Positions 52,591 through 64,000 of a DNA stretch of 64,000 bases are shown here, in pieces; the first letter of the stretch is position 1, and each line of letters opens with the position of its first letter. Both the position numbers and the translations under genes were made by a program. The DNA lies in contig NC_043007.1 of NCBI RefSeq assembly GCF_006345805.1, positions 74,710,001 to 74,774,000 of the forward strand, given 5' to 3'. The notes under the pieces were generated by a model, which did not search any database, was not told the origin of the DNA, and was given only the letters and a program-made list of their open reading frames with translations. Source of the DNA: Octopus sinensis. Taxonomy: Eukaryota.

Positions 52591-52982
52591 AATGTGGCAT
52601 GTAAAAAGCACCATCTGTACATGGTCGATGCCAGGTCCACCTAATTGGCTCCCATGCTGGTGGCACGTAAAAAGCACCATCCGAAAATGGCTGATGCCAG
52701 TGCCCTCTGACTGGCTCCCATGCCAGTGGTATGTAAAAGGCACTATTTGAACATGATCAATGCCAGGACTGCCTGATTGGCTCCTATATTAGTGGCACGT
52801 AAAAAGCCAACACTACACTCTTAGAGTGGTTCGTGTTAGGGAGGGCATCCAGCTGTAGAAACATTGCCAGATCAGATTGGAGCCTGGTGCAGCCGCTGGC
52901 TTTCCAGACCTCAGTCAAACTGTCCAACCCATGCCAGCATGGAAAACAGAAGTTAAACGATGATGTTGATGATGATGATAAT
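52591..52982 (+). mobile_element. Retroposon family D, (GAT)n-tailed with internal subrepeats
   Basis: Conserved AGGGCATCCAGCTGTAGAAA...CCAACCCATGC.AGCATGGAAA...GATGATGAT. Copies at 55096-55540(-), 58340-58750(+) and 62207-62360(-). Confidence 0.75.
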
Positions 52983-54129
52983 ATTCATATTTTGAGTTCT
53001 GGTTTCCTTTTTGTATCGCCAAACTTAGATTAAAACAATTAGATTATATATAACTTGTTTTCTAATTATATTTATTTAACACTAAAGGAGTATAAACAAG
53101 TCATTTACTGAAAGGCAACATGTAAAAATACAAATTTACAAGAACCCTGATGTAGTTGCACCACATATACTATTGGTTGAAAACCCTTGGGAACTCAGAG
53201 CTTCCTTTCCTTGAATCACATTTTACAACCATCTCTTCTTATTTAGAAAGAAAACAGAGCAGGTTATTGTAATCAAGCAGAAGCTAATTTTGTGCAGCAG
53301 TTATCAGCAGTTATGTTTCTGTTTACTGATAACACAAAGTCTTTTTTTATAATCTTATCCTGACAAAGATTTTCGTCTTAGTTTTTAATGTTTAAAATAA
53401 AAGTATTTCACTGTATTGTACTTGATGTCGAGCTGCTTCTGAGTGATAACAGCTGAATGCTTCTAAGCTGGGACTCTAGCTGAACCGGAGTTGTTTTCTG
53501 AAAGTATCTCAGTCACAGAATGCTGGTCTTAGTTTGCTGCATGCTGCCTGCACACCATTTTCATGTGATAAGCAGCACCAGCACCAATCTGGATAGAATT
53601 TATCTTGTTTAAAGAGATAAAAGTGAAAGCATTAGTTGTATAAAGTGCGCATTTATTTTGTGTTAATCTACGCCTGTACAAATGCATAAATGCATGTATG
53701 GGTGCGTGTCTGTATCAATACCCACACACACACATATACATATATCACCGTGATCACCGTGACCGACCAGGTTATTAGATGTTGTTACACATCACTGGTC
53801 AATGCACTTCCCATTGTTTTAGCCTTCAAATGACGCCACCCCGCTGGCTAAGCGAGCAGGCCAAGAGAAAAAAAGTTGTGGCGAAAGAGTACAGCAGGGA
53901 TCGCTACAACCCCCTGCTGGAGCCTCGTGGAGCTTTAGGTGTTTTCGCTCAATAAACACTTACAACGCCCAGTCTGGGAATCGAAACCGCGATCCTACAA
54001 CCGCAAGTTTGCTGCCCTAACCACTGGGCCATTGCACCTCCACATATACATATATATGTATATATATATATGGGTGTGCAATATGTATATATATGCATAT
54101 ATACATATATGGGAGTGTGTATATGTTTG

Positions 54130-54490
54130 GGCAACCATCTTCTATTAGAACCTCAGGCCAACCAATGTCCTAATGAGTGAATCTAGTTGTTGGAAATTGT
54201 ATAGCAGTCCACCATGTATTGTGTCTGTGTGTGTATGTATGTGTGTGTGTGTGCATGTATCTGTGTGAGTGTTTGTGTCTTTGCATCGTGCACGTTTCCC
54301 CCTTCACTTGACAACTGGTGTTGGTTTATTTACATTCTATAACTTTGCAGTTTGGCAAAAGAAGCCAATAGAATAAGCATCAGCCTTCAAAACAATAAAC
54401 ACTGGGGTTGATCTGTTTGACTAAACTCTTTGAGTTGGTGCCCCAGCATGGCCACAGTCTAATGACTGAGACAAATAAAAGATAAAAGAT
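54130..54490 (+). mobile_element. SINE family A, decayed
   Basis: Match to the family from the middle region to the tail. Confidence 0.7.
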
Positions 54491-54902
54491 ACAATATACG
54501 AGCATTTTGTGGACAAAAAAAGGGGGAATCAACCTGGCTGGTTTCACTCCCGCATAGGGACTTCATTGCTGAGCAACCTTTGTCATAGTCCAAGGATATA
54601 TTGCTTAAAAACCCAGTATTACAAAGAGCATAAGTACAGTTTTGACACAGGCATGTGTGTGTGTGTGAGTGAGTGTGTATGTGTGTGTGCGTGTGTGTGT
54701 GTGCATATTGTCATATGTTGATGAGCCTACGTATGCATGTGTTGGCCCATATTTGCAGAGGTAGAAGTTTGTCTCATGTTTAAGACAAAGTGGTCAGCAG
54801 TGACATTGGATTTAGTACCTGGCAGTAATTAGTAAGCAACAGTATTTCTGGCAGTCACAATTACTTTTAGCTGTTCCAATGTTCTTGATAAACTGACTGA
54901 CT

Positions 54903-54954
<52 letters not shown>

Positions 54955-56982
54955 CACAGGGTTTATATTCTTGGGTTCCTCTATATCTCAAATCACAGAA
55001 ATGGCACAAAACCACACTCTCTTCAATACTACTTCCTCCACTCCCAGTTGAGGATCTTCTGTCTTGCAAGGTACTTGGTGACCTTGGTGCTAGTCATCAT
55101 CATCATCATCATCATCGTTTAACGTCCGTTCTCCATGCTAGCATGGGTTGGACAGTTTGACTGGGGATCTGGGAAGCCAGAAGGCTGCACCAGGCTCCAG
55201 TCTTATCTGGCAGTGTTTCTACAGCTGGATGCCCTTCCTAACTCCAACCACTCCGTGAGTGTAGTGGGTGCTTTTTACGTGCCACCTCCACAGGTGCCAG
55301 GCGAGGCTGGCAACGGCCACGGTCAGATTGGTGCATTTTACGTGCCACCGGCACATAAAATTCACTGGTGCTGATGCTACATAAAACGCATTGGTGATGG
55401 TGCCAGATAAAAAGCACTGGTGCCTCATAAAATGCACTGGTGCTAGTGTTATATAAAAAGCATTGATGATGTGCCATATGAATAGCACTGGTGATGATGC
55501 CACATAAAATTCACTATTGATGGTGCCTCATAAAAAGCACTCAATACACACAACATGCACACACATGTATACATGCACAAACATACACACACACACACAC
55601 ATGCACACCCAACCACCCACATACTTCTCACTCACACAAAAAATGCACATATAAGATCTTGGCTTCCTTTTCTCTCATTTTCCCTTTCATTCATTTGTTT
55701 CCTCCCCCTGCTCTCTCTCTCTCTTTCTGTGTGTGTGTATGTGTGTGTATGTAAAAGTCATATGCATTTAAGTAGCTTATAAGCATGTGTACATTTTGTG
55801 TACATCTATGTCTGCTTGTTTAGTGTGTGTGTGTGTGTGTGTGCACATATTTCTATCTGTATGGGTACATGTATGCTGCTTTGACATACATGTACCCATA
55901 CATGTAACTTCTATTGATTAATAATAAGAATATATACATATACTCATATTTTCATTTCTATTTTCCTGGTTGTATCACCAAACCTATATATACATGTATG
56001 CATGCATGTATGTATGTTTGTATGTATGTATGCATGTATGTATGTATGTACATGCTGTGGCATATATATATCATCATCATCATCTTCCTTTAATGTCCAT
56101 TTTCCATGCTACCATGGGTTGGATATGTATATATATATATATATATATATAAATATATTGTGTTCTTTTACTGATTCCACTTATTTTTACACAACAGTGT
56201 TGGAGTACCATCTTTTAATCAATTATGTTGACTTCAAGACATAATCTGGCACCATTTTATCAATTTCTATTGAATGGTAGAGTCTTGCCTTCAATTATGG
56301 CCCTTTTGGGGCTGAAGGGAATGGATTCTTCTTATGATATAAATTAGTTTCAGAATTTATGCTGGTTTATGCTGGTATACACAAACATAGAAATATTTGT
56401 GTACACACACAAATGCACATACATACACACATGCATACATGTATGCACACACATATACACAAACATATACATACATGCATACACATGCATGTCTTCAGCC
56501 ATATATGCATGTATGCACACACACATACACACATGTGCACATACACACATGCACACTCAGACATATCTACATACATGCACACACACATACATAGACACAT
56601 ACACACACACAAGCATACACATGAACATGTCTCCATCCATACATGCATGTATGCACGCAAACACACACATGAGCACATGCACACCCAGACATATACACAC
56701 ACATGCATGCACACATACACACCCACACATCTGCACACACATGTACATGCCTCCAGTTACATATACAAATATGCACACATCTCACATACACACACTTGCA
56801 CACATACATTCCAACAAATACACACATAAATGCATACACACATACACACACCCACAGTCATACATACATGCATACGCAAGTACATATACACAGAATTACC
56901 TACACTAAACCATATTTTAAAAAACTAATGAAACCATTAAAAATTCCATGCTTTTTCAATTTTTCACTTTAATACATTAAGG

Positions 56983-57152
56983 TATGGAGTGGCTGTGTGG
57001 TAAGTAGCTTGCTTGCCAGCCACATGGTTCTGGGTTCATTCCCACTGCGTGGAACCTTGGGCAAGTGTCTTCTACTATAGCTTCGGGTTGACCAAAGCCT
57101 TGTGAGTGGATTTGGTAACGGAAGCTGAAAGAAGCCCGTCGTATATATATAT

Positions 57153-57218
<66 letters not shown>

Positions 57219-57568
57219 GGTATGTGTGTGTATATGTTTTTGTGCCTTTGTTTGTCCCCCCAACATAGCTTGACAACCGATAGTGGTGTGTTTATGTCCC
57301 GTTTTATATATGTATATATGTGTGTGTGTGTGTGTGTGCGTGCATGTGTGTGTGTGTATGTTTGTGTGTCTGTTTGTCCCCCCAACATCGCTTGACAACT
57401 TATGCTGGTGTGTTTGCATCCCCATAACTTAGTGGTTCAGCTAAAGACAACCGATAGAATAAGTAGTAGGCTTACAAAGAATAAGTCCTGGGGTCGATTT
57501 GCCCGACTAAAGGCAGTGCTCCAGCATGGCCACAGTCAAATGACTGAAACAAAAAAAAGAGTAAAAGA
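56983..57568 (+). mobile_element. SINE family A with an internal duplication
   Basis: The segment TTTGTCCCCCCAACAT.GCTTGACAAC occurs twice (about 57250 and 57375). Confidence 0.8.
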
Positions 57569-59033
57569 TATATAAATTAACATAAATTAACATATGCCCA
57601 GGTGTAGGTTAACATATTCACAGGTAGGACTTAACACATGCACAAATATGTTTTAACATATGCACAAATATCATACATCTCTATGATGTTTGATTTAGCC
57701 TTTCAATGGAGATCTTTTAATATTTGTATTCAAACATGAAATGCATAGCAAAAAAAATAATAAATAAATAAATGCTAGTAATACTGTTTTATCTTTGAAT
57801 AAACAGTGCCAATAAAATTCAAAATTTATTGATACATGAGAAAATTAATGAAGTACTTATTGATTTGCATCTGTGGTATTTCTGGATGAAACTAAAGGAT
57901 AAACTTACATATTGATTAGTTGGTTCCAGTACCACATTCTGTAGCAGAACAGTTTTTCAAAGAACTAACGTGTTAGCGTGAAAAGTTGAAAAATTATATA
58001 AATGTTTATATTAGGGAACTCATGGGGATTAGATAATTTGAAGCTAATTTCATCGTTAAAAGTCAAATTTATTAGAATCGGTTATGACGGGAATTGGTAT
58101 ATGATATGTTACAAATAAGAATAGTTCTCTCTTTCTTACTCTGTCTCTTTCTCTCATATATCTCATGTGTGTGTGTGTGTGAGTGTGATGTGTGAATATA
58201 TATATAACTACATGTATAAACAAATATGTGTATGTATATATATATATATATATATATTAATATATATAATGGCGGTGCTTCAGCATGGCCGCAGCTCTGA
58301 GCTGAAACTAGAGAGAAAAGAAAATATATATATATATAGGTCACCTTACTGGCACTTGAGCCCCATGTAGTAGGGTGCTAAGAGCATCATCTGAGTGTGA
58401 TCGTTGCCAGAGCGGCTAACTGGCCTCCGTGCCGGTAGCACGTAAAAGACACCATTCGAGCGTGATCGTTACCAGCATCGCCTTACTAGCACCTGTGCCG
58501 GTGGCATGTCTAAAAAGATTCGAGCAAGGTCGTTGCCAGTACCGCCTGACTGGCCCCTGTGCTGGTGGCACATAAAAGCTCCCACTACACTCTCGGAGTG
58601 GTTGGCGTTAAGAAGGGCATCCAGCTGTAGAAACTCTGCCAGATCAAGATTGAAGCCTGGTGCAGCCATCTGGTTCACCAGCCATCAGTCAAATCGTCCA
58701 ACCCATGCTAGCATGGAAAGCAGACGTTAAACAATGATGATGATGATGATGTGACATATGTGTATGTATGTATTATTCTTGGAGAAGAATATTATTGAAA
58801 TGTCTTTGAAGTTTCAGTCAGATATGCCATCATTGGACTGCTGTCTGATAATGGCTAAACTGACCAAAACTTCAGAGTCACTGTCAGCAACATTCTTATT
58901 TAAGAATAAAAAACTTGTACTCTGTAAAAGTATAGAGTAACCCATCAGATTAATGTAAAAATGTTTTTATTATAACTGAACATAGAAACAAACACTGATA
59001 TATTATATATATATAATAGATATATATATATAC

Positions 59034-59097
<64 letters not shown>

Positions 59098-59099
59098 AG

Positions 59100-59497
59100 A
59101 GCGTAGGAGTGGCTGTGTGGTAAGTAGCTTGCTAACAACCACATGGTTCCGGGTTCAGTCCCACTGCGTGGCACCTTGGGCAAGTGTCTTCTGCTATAGC
59201 CCCGGGCTGACCAATGCCATGTGAGTGAATTTGGTAGACGGAAACTGAAAGAAGCCTGTCGTATATATGTATATATGTGTATATGTGTGTTTGTGTGTCT
59301 GTGTTTGTCCCCCTAGCATTGCTTGACAACCGATGCTGGTGTGTTTACGTCCCTGTCACTTAGCGGTTCGGCAAAAGTGCCGATAGAATAAGTACTGGGC
59401 TTACAAAGAATAAGTCCTGGGGTCGATTTGCTCGACTAAAGGCGGTGCTCCAGCATGGCCGCAGTCAAATGACTGAAACAGTAAAAGGTAAAAGTAA
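59100..59497 (+). mobile_element. SINE family A, young copy
   Basis: Full-length match. Confidence 0.85.
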
Positions 59498-59512
59498 AAA
59501 GTTATATATATG

Positions 59513-59562
<50 letters not shown>

Positions 59563-59690
59563 GTGTATATATATATATATATTGTATATATATATATATA
59601 TGTATTATATATATATATATGGATATATATATATATATATTATGTATATATATATATACATATATATATAGTATATATATAATATATATA

Positions 59691-59932
59691 TAACAATTTA
59701 GGAGTGACCCTAACAGGTCATTCGTCCACCAGAAAGAGCAGCCATAACTCACACACACACGCCAATAGTAGTAATTCAGAAATTAGGTGAAAATTTAAAA
59801 ACTTTACCCCAATTCAATTGGGGTAAATGTTTTTAAATTTTCACCTATTTCTGAATTTACGACTATTGGCGGTGTGAGTTATGGCTGCTCTTTCTGGTGG
59901 ACGCAACCTGTTAGGGTCACTCCTAATTGTTA
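59691..59932. repeat. 242-bp foldback palindrome in a (TA)n tract
   Basis: Centre CCCCAATT-C-AATTGGGG at 59815. The arms match end to end with a few indels. Confidence 0.95.
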
Positions 59933-60143
59933 TATATATATATCTAGTCGTTGACTATTTTCTCTTTTCCACCAGGCCGCTGGTAGCGATAAATTTCTAT
60001 TGAATTTTTTGCTACCCTAAATTGACTAATATATATATATATATTATATAATATAACACTCACACACACAGAGACATACACTCATATACATGTGTGTGTG
60101 TGTGAGCATATTTGTGTGTTTGTTTAAGTGTCTGTGTGAGTGT

Positions 60144-60174
<31 letters not shown>

Positions 60175-60303
60175 GTCATCATCATCATTATTGTCATCAT
60201 TGGACAGCTAACTAGTCAACCAACTCACTACATATATAGATGCATATATACACTCACCCACCACCACCACCACCACCACCACACATACACTCACACACAC
60301 TCA

Positions 60304-60351
<48 letters not shown>

Positions 60352-61158
60352 TGCACACACACACCTATGCATACACACACTAAAACATGTTCATTTACTG
60401 CTTTCGGTCCCTGAATTCATCCGAATGCCTTGAAGGGTTTCTGTTAATTTGAACACATCTAGCACTTAGTTCTTGCAGTCATCTTATCAAACGCTATTTG
60501 TGAATGGCAAAATTTACCAAAATTACATCACTTCATTTTATAGAATTAACATTTCATAGAATTAACGTTTTTTTTAGAATTAAATGCCAAGGTTTTTCAT
60601 ATAGGTATACACAAGCACACACACACAAGCACACACACACAAGCACACACACACAAGCACACACACACATGCACACACACACATGCACACACACATGCAC
60701 ATCCTCATATAGATTTACACCACATGTTTTTCTTTGAGTACAAACAAACTGAGAAAATGTCAGGATATAAAAGGAACCAGATGCAGCACGCAAGAGAGAA
60801 AACTACACTAGTAGCTGATTAACAAAGCACCAAGTAATCCAAATAGATCCAAGTAGTAGGAAGACATAAGATGTAGTGAAAGCCGATCCCCAAAAGCTAA
60901 ACTCTCTTTAGAGATGATAAAAGAGGGAAGCAAATGGTGAGACACTGAACTTGCTGAACTACAGAAGACTCAGATAACCCATGCAAGCATGGAAAAGTGG
61001 ACATGAAACAATGATAATTATGATGATTATGTTGATATGTACATATTTATGTGTGTGTGTATATGTACACATGTATGAATATATATATATATATATCATT
61101 ATCATCATTTAACGTCCATGTTTCATGCTAGCATAGGTGGGACATTAAATATATATAT

Positions 61159-61225
<67 letters not shown>

Positions 61226-61323
61226 TATATAATATATATATATATATATACACATACATATATACATACATACATACATACATATATATACACACACACA
61301 CACATATACATACATATATATAC

Positions 61324-61377
<54 letters not shown>

Positions 61378-61989
61378 ATAGATAGGTAGATGGAATGATA
61401 GATAAATAGATAGATAGAATGATAGATAGATAGATATAGATATATATACACATTTATGAATTTGTGTTGCAAGACTCCTAATGTGAAATCATATGTCGAA
61501 GCAGATATAATGTTGTATTTCGGGATGCTCGTATTGAAATAAGTGAAGCAAGAGCACACACAAAGATTGAAAGTGTCACTGAAGAGATCACAGATGTGTG
61601 ATGAAAGATTTCTGGACATTGGACATGAGTTAGAATAAGAACAGTAACAAATGAGTGAAGAACGAGTATGTAACAGTATAAATTTGTAATGGGAGAGGTT
61701 GATTTGTAAACAATAATATGATAAACAATAGTTGATACACAGTAGGATGGAGGTAATCCGTTTGTCAGGATTGGTTCTTCGTTAATTGCCATTATGTAAA
61801 GATGAAAGAACAGTGTTTGAAGTTGTAAAGATAATATTTATTTTTTACCGTTACTTTGCATAATACCTTGCCTCAATGGGCAGGTGATAAAATCTAAAAG
61901 CAAGCAAAGCATTTGATGTAATTACCCAGATCTAGATTATATAAAATCCCTATTCCTTTATGATGTATGTATATTCATATATATATAAA

Positions 61990-62190
61990 GGGAAAGTTTA
62001 TGAAAATAAACAAAAGACGAGGGCAGGTGGTGTAGAAACAAACAAATGTATTAGTATAGCACTCAGGAATAGAAAAAGTCTTTTACGTTTCGAGCCTACG
62101 CTCTTCTACAGAAAGATACACAGAAAAAAACAAGGAGAGAAACAAGGAGAGAAAAAAAATGTGTGTAGTAGCTATTGATCTATCATGGCG
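61990..62190 (-). mobile_element. Penelope-like terminal fragment, copy 2
   Basis: Homologous to 7410-7610, with an identical 44-nt core at 62072-62115. Confidence 0.5.
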
Positions 62191-64000
62191 TATACATCCT
62201 CATTATCATCATCATCATCAATTTTTAACATCCGTTTTAAATGGACGGTTTGATAGGAGCCGACCAGCTGCAGAGCTGTCCAAACTCCTGTAATTTTCTA
62301 TTTTGGCATGGTTTCTATGGCTGGATGCCTTTCCTAACACCAACAACTTTGCAGAGTGGTATATAGTTATATGTTGTTGTTCAAATAACGATGAAAACCA
62401 CGATTTAAACTGAAGAACTCGGTGCATTGAATTATTAATACAGAGCAGACAAATTTATTCTCAAAAAACAATGTCTTACAAGATTAGTTTTATTTCCTTC
62501 TATAGAATATTTCACAATGTTATGCACTCGCACGTGTGTGTGTGTGTGTGTGTGTGATATAAATGATGTCAGCTTGACGAAGGCAAGGAAGCCACCGTCA
62601 ACCTTGTACTCAACTAAAAATATTGAGTAATCCATCAGATTTATGTTAAAATTCTATACATAAAGTGACTTAAAAACATCACATACACACACACACACAC
62701 ACACGCACACATATTCACATACACAAACACACACTTGTAAACTTATGTATATGTACGTGTGAATGTATGTATATATGTAGTACAGAAGTACAAACTACCT
62801 TTCCATCGCTACTAACAAAAATTCATTTAAGTATACAATCTTCGTAGTGTCGTTTTTAATCTCCAAACATTTCATTTGGAATGAAGCTTTCCAAGATGTT
62901 CTAATCTTTTAAGAATTCTGTCTTCACTTCTTGCCATATATTTTTTATTTTACTTCTTTGAGTTCTTCTTTAATTATATGCGTTTTTATACATTATTTTA
63001 TAAGCGTCTAACATTTTTTCCAATGTAATACTATTTTTCCACGATTGAGAATTTTCCATCACCCATAAATAAATAAAAATTTGTATATATATATATATAT
63101 ATGTATATGTATATATGTATGTGTGTATATGTATGTATATATGTATGTGTGTATATGTATGTATATATGTGTGTATATATATATATGTATATATAGATGC
63201 TTATTTTGATGTCAAGTTATACATAAAAGCAATTTGACATTAAACTGAGAAATTACTAAATACTTTTTGCAAGGTTGATGAAACATTTACAAGAAAAGGG
63301 GTGACAGTAACTTCGAAGTTTTATTCTGTTATATGTTAACTCAAAAATTATTTCATTTCTCTTTCTATAATGTATTTAATTCCAAATTTGATTACAAATA
63401 TAGTAGTAGTAGTGGTTGTGGTGGTGGTGGTGGTGATGGTGGTGGTGGTGGTTTAGTCTGCCACATCCCAGGTTAGGCTTAACAGTGCAGATAAAACAAT
63501 GGACAAAAGCATTTTCGTAATTAATTTTGTTCAGTCTCTCTACATAACAACTTCATAATCCAATATTTTCTACATCTTCTAAGACAGAAGAATGTAATTT
63601 GAGAGAAATTTGTTTGCTATTTCTAGTATATTTCTAGTATCAAACAATCATATAGAAAGCTCGTTTATTCTTTGGTTGTTGATATCTTCATACAATGTTA
63701 GATATCTTCCCACAGCAGAAGATGGATAACAAATATATTTATCCCAGTGAGACCAACCACTGATGTTTGAATTATCTGCTCCAGCTCTCTTGCTGGTTGT
63801 TTCTTGTTTTACATGAAAACACTTCAGAAGTGAAATATGGACCAAAATGGAAGCATTACAACTCGTTAATAGATTTCTTTGGTTTCTGTAAATGCTATGT
63901 GTTTGGTTTGTGTGTATGTGTTTCTAAGTGTTTCTAGAATAACATATACATCTTGGAATTACATTTGAAAGAAGAATCATGTAGGTTTCTTGAAGCAATC

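Larger units (their letters stand above)
16511..64000 (+). other. RyR: RyR intron 1 (runs past the window end)
   Basis: GT donor at 16511. No exon encoding the expected next motif (CLAAEGFGN-like) was found by eye downstream. Confidence 0.7.

Noticed and set aside
61450-61800. Possible RTE-like LINE relic (also about 50000-50300 and 60740-61000)
   Set aside because: Only faint motif resemblance through multiple stops, so it cannot be supported by eye.

Overview
AT-rich, microsatellite-saturated animal DNA. The SINE families resemble those I recall from Octopus genomes, so an octopod cephalopod origin is likely (from recall, no search run). The one host coding feature I can support is missing from the ORF track: a 60-nt first coding exon of a ryanodine receptor gene (+, 16451-16510, MADSAEPGGGEQDDISFLRT, then GTAAGA). 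No RyR exon 2 is recognisable downstream, so 16511-64000 appears to be part of a >47 kb first intron. The rest is a layered transposon record: more than 40 tRNA-derived SINE copies, an internally deleted maT/DD37D-like mariner, hAT and pogo/Tigger relics, hAT-Charlie MITEs, Helitron/Helentron-type non-autonomous elements, two R4/Dong-like LINE ends sitting in (TAA)n arrays, and Penelope-like termini with a hammerhead-like motif. Worth a second look: (1) near-perfect foldback palindromes, two of them inside the RyR pre-mRNA; (2) a visible switch from CpG-intact to CpG-decayed repeats near 39 kb; (3) a 44-nt invariant hammerhead-like motif in two dispersed copies; (4) a pre-miRNA-like hairpin and a 37-aa membrane sORF upstream of RyR. 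None is demonstrated as a new system. Almost all long ORFs in the track are microsatellite artefacts. Repeat coordinates were read by eye and are approximate to about 10-20 bp.
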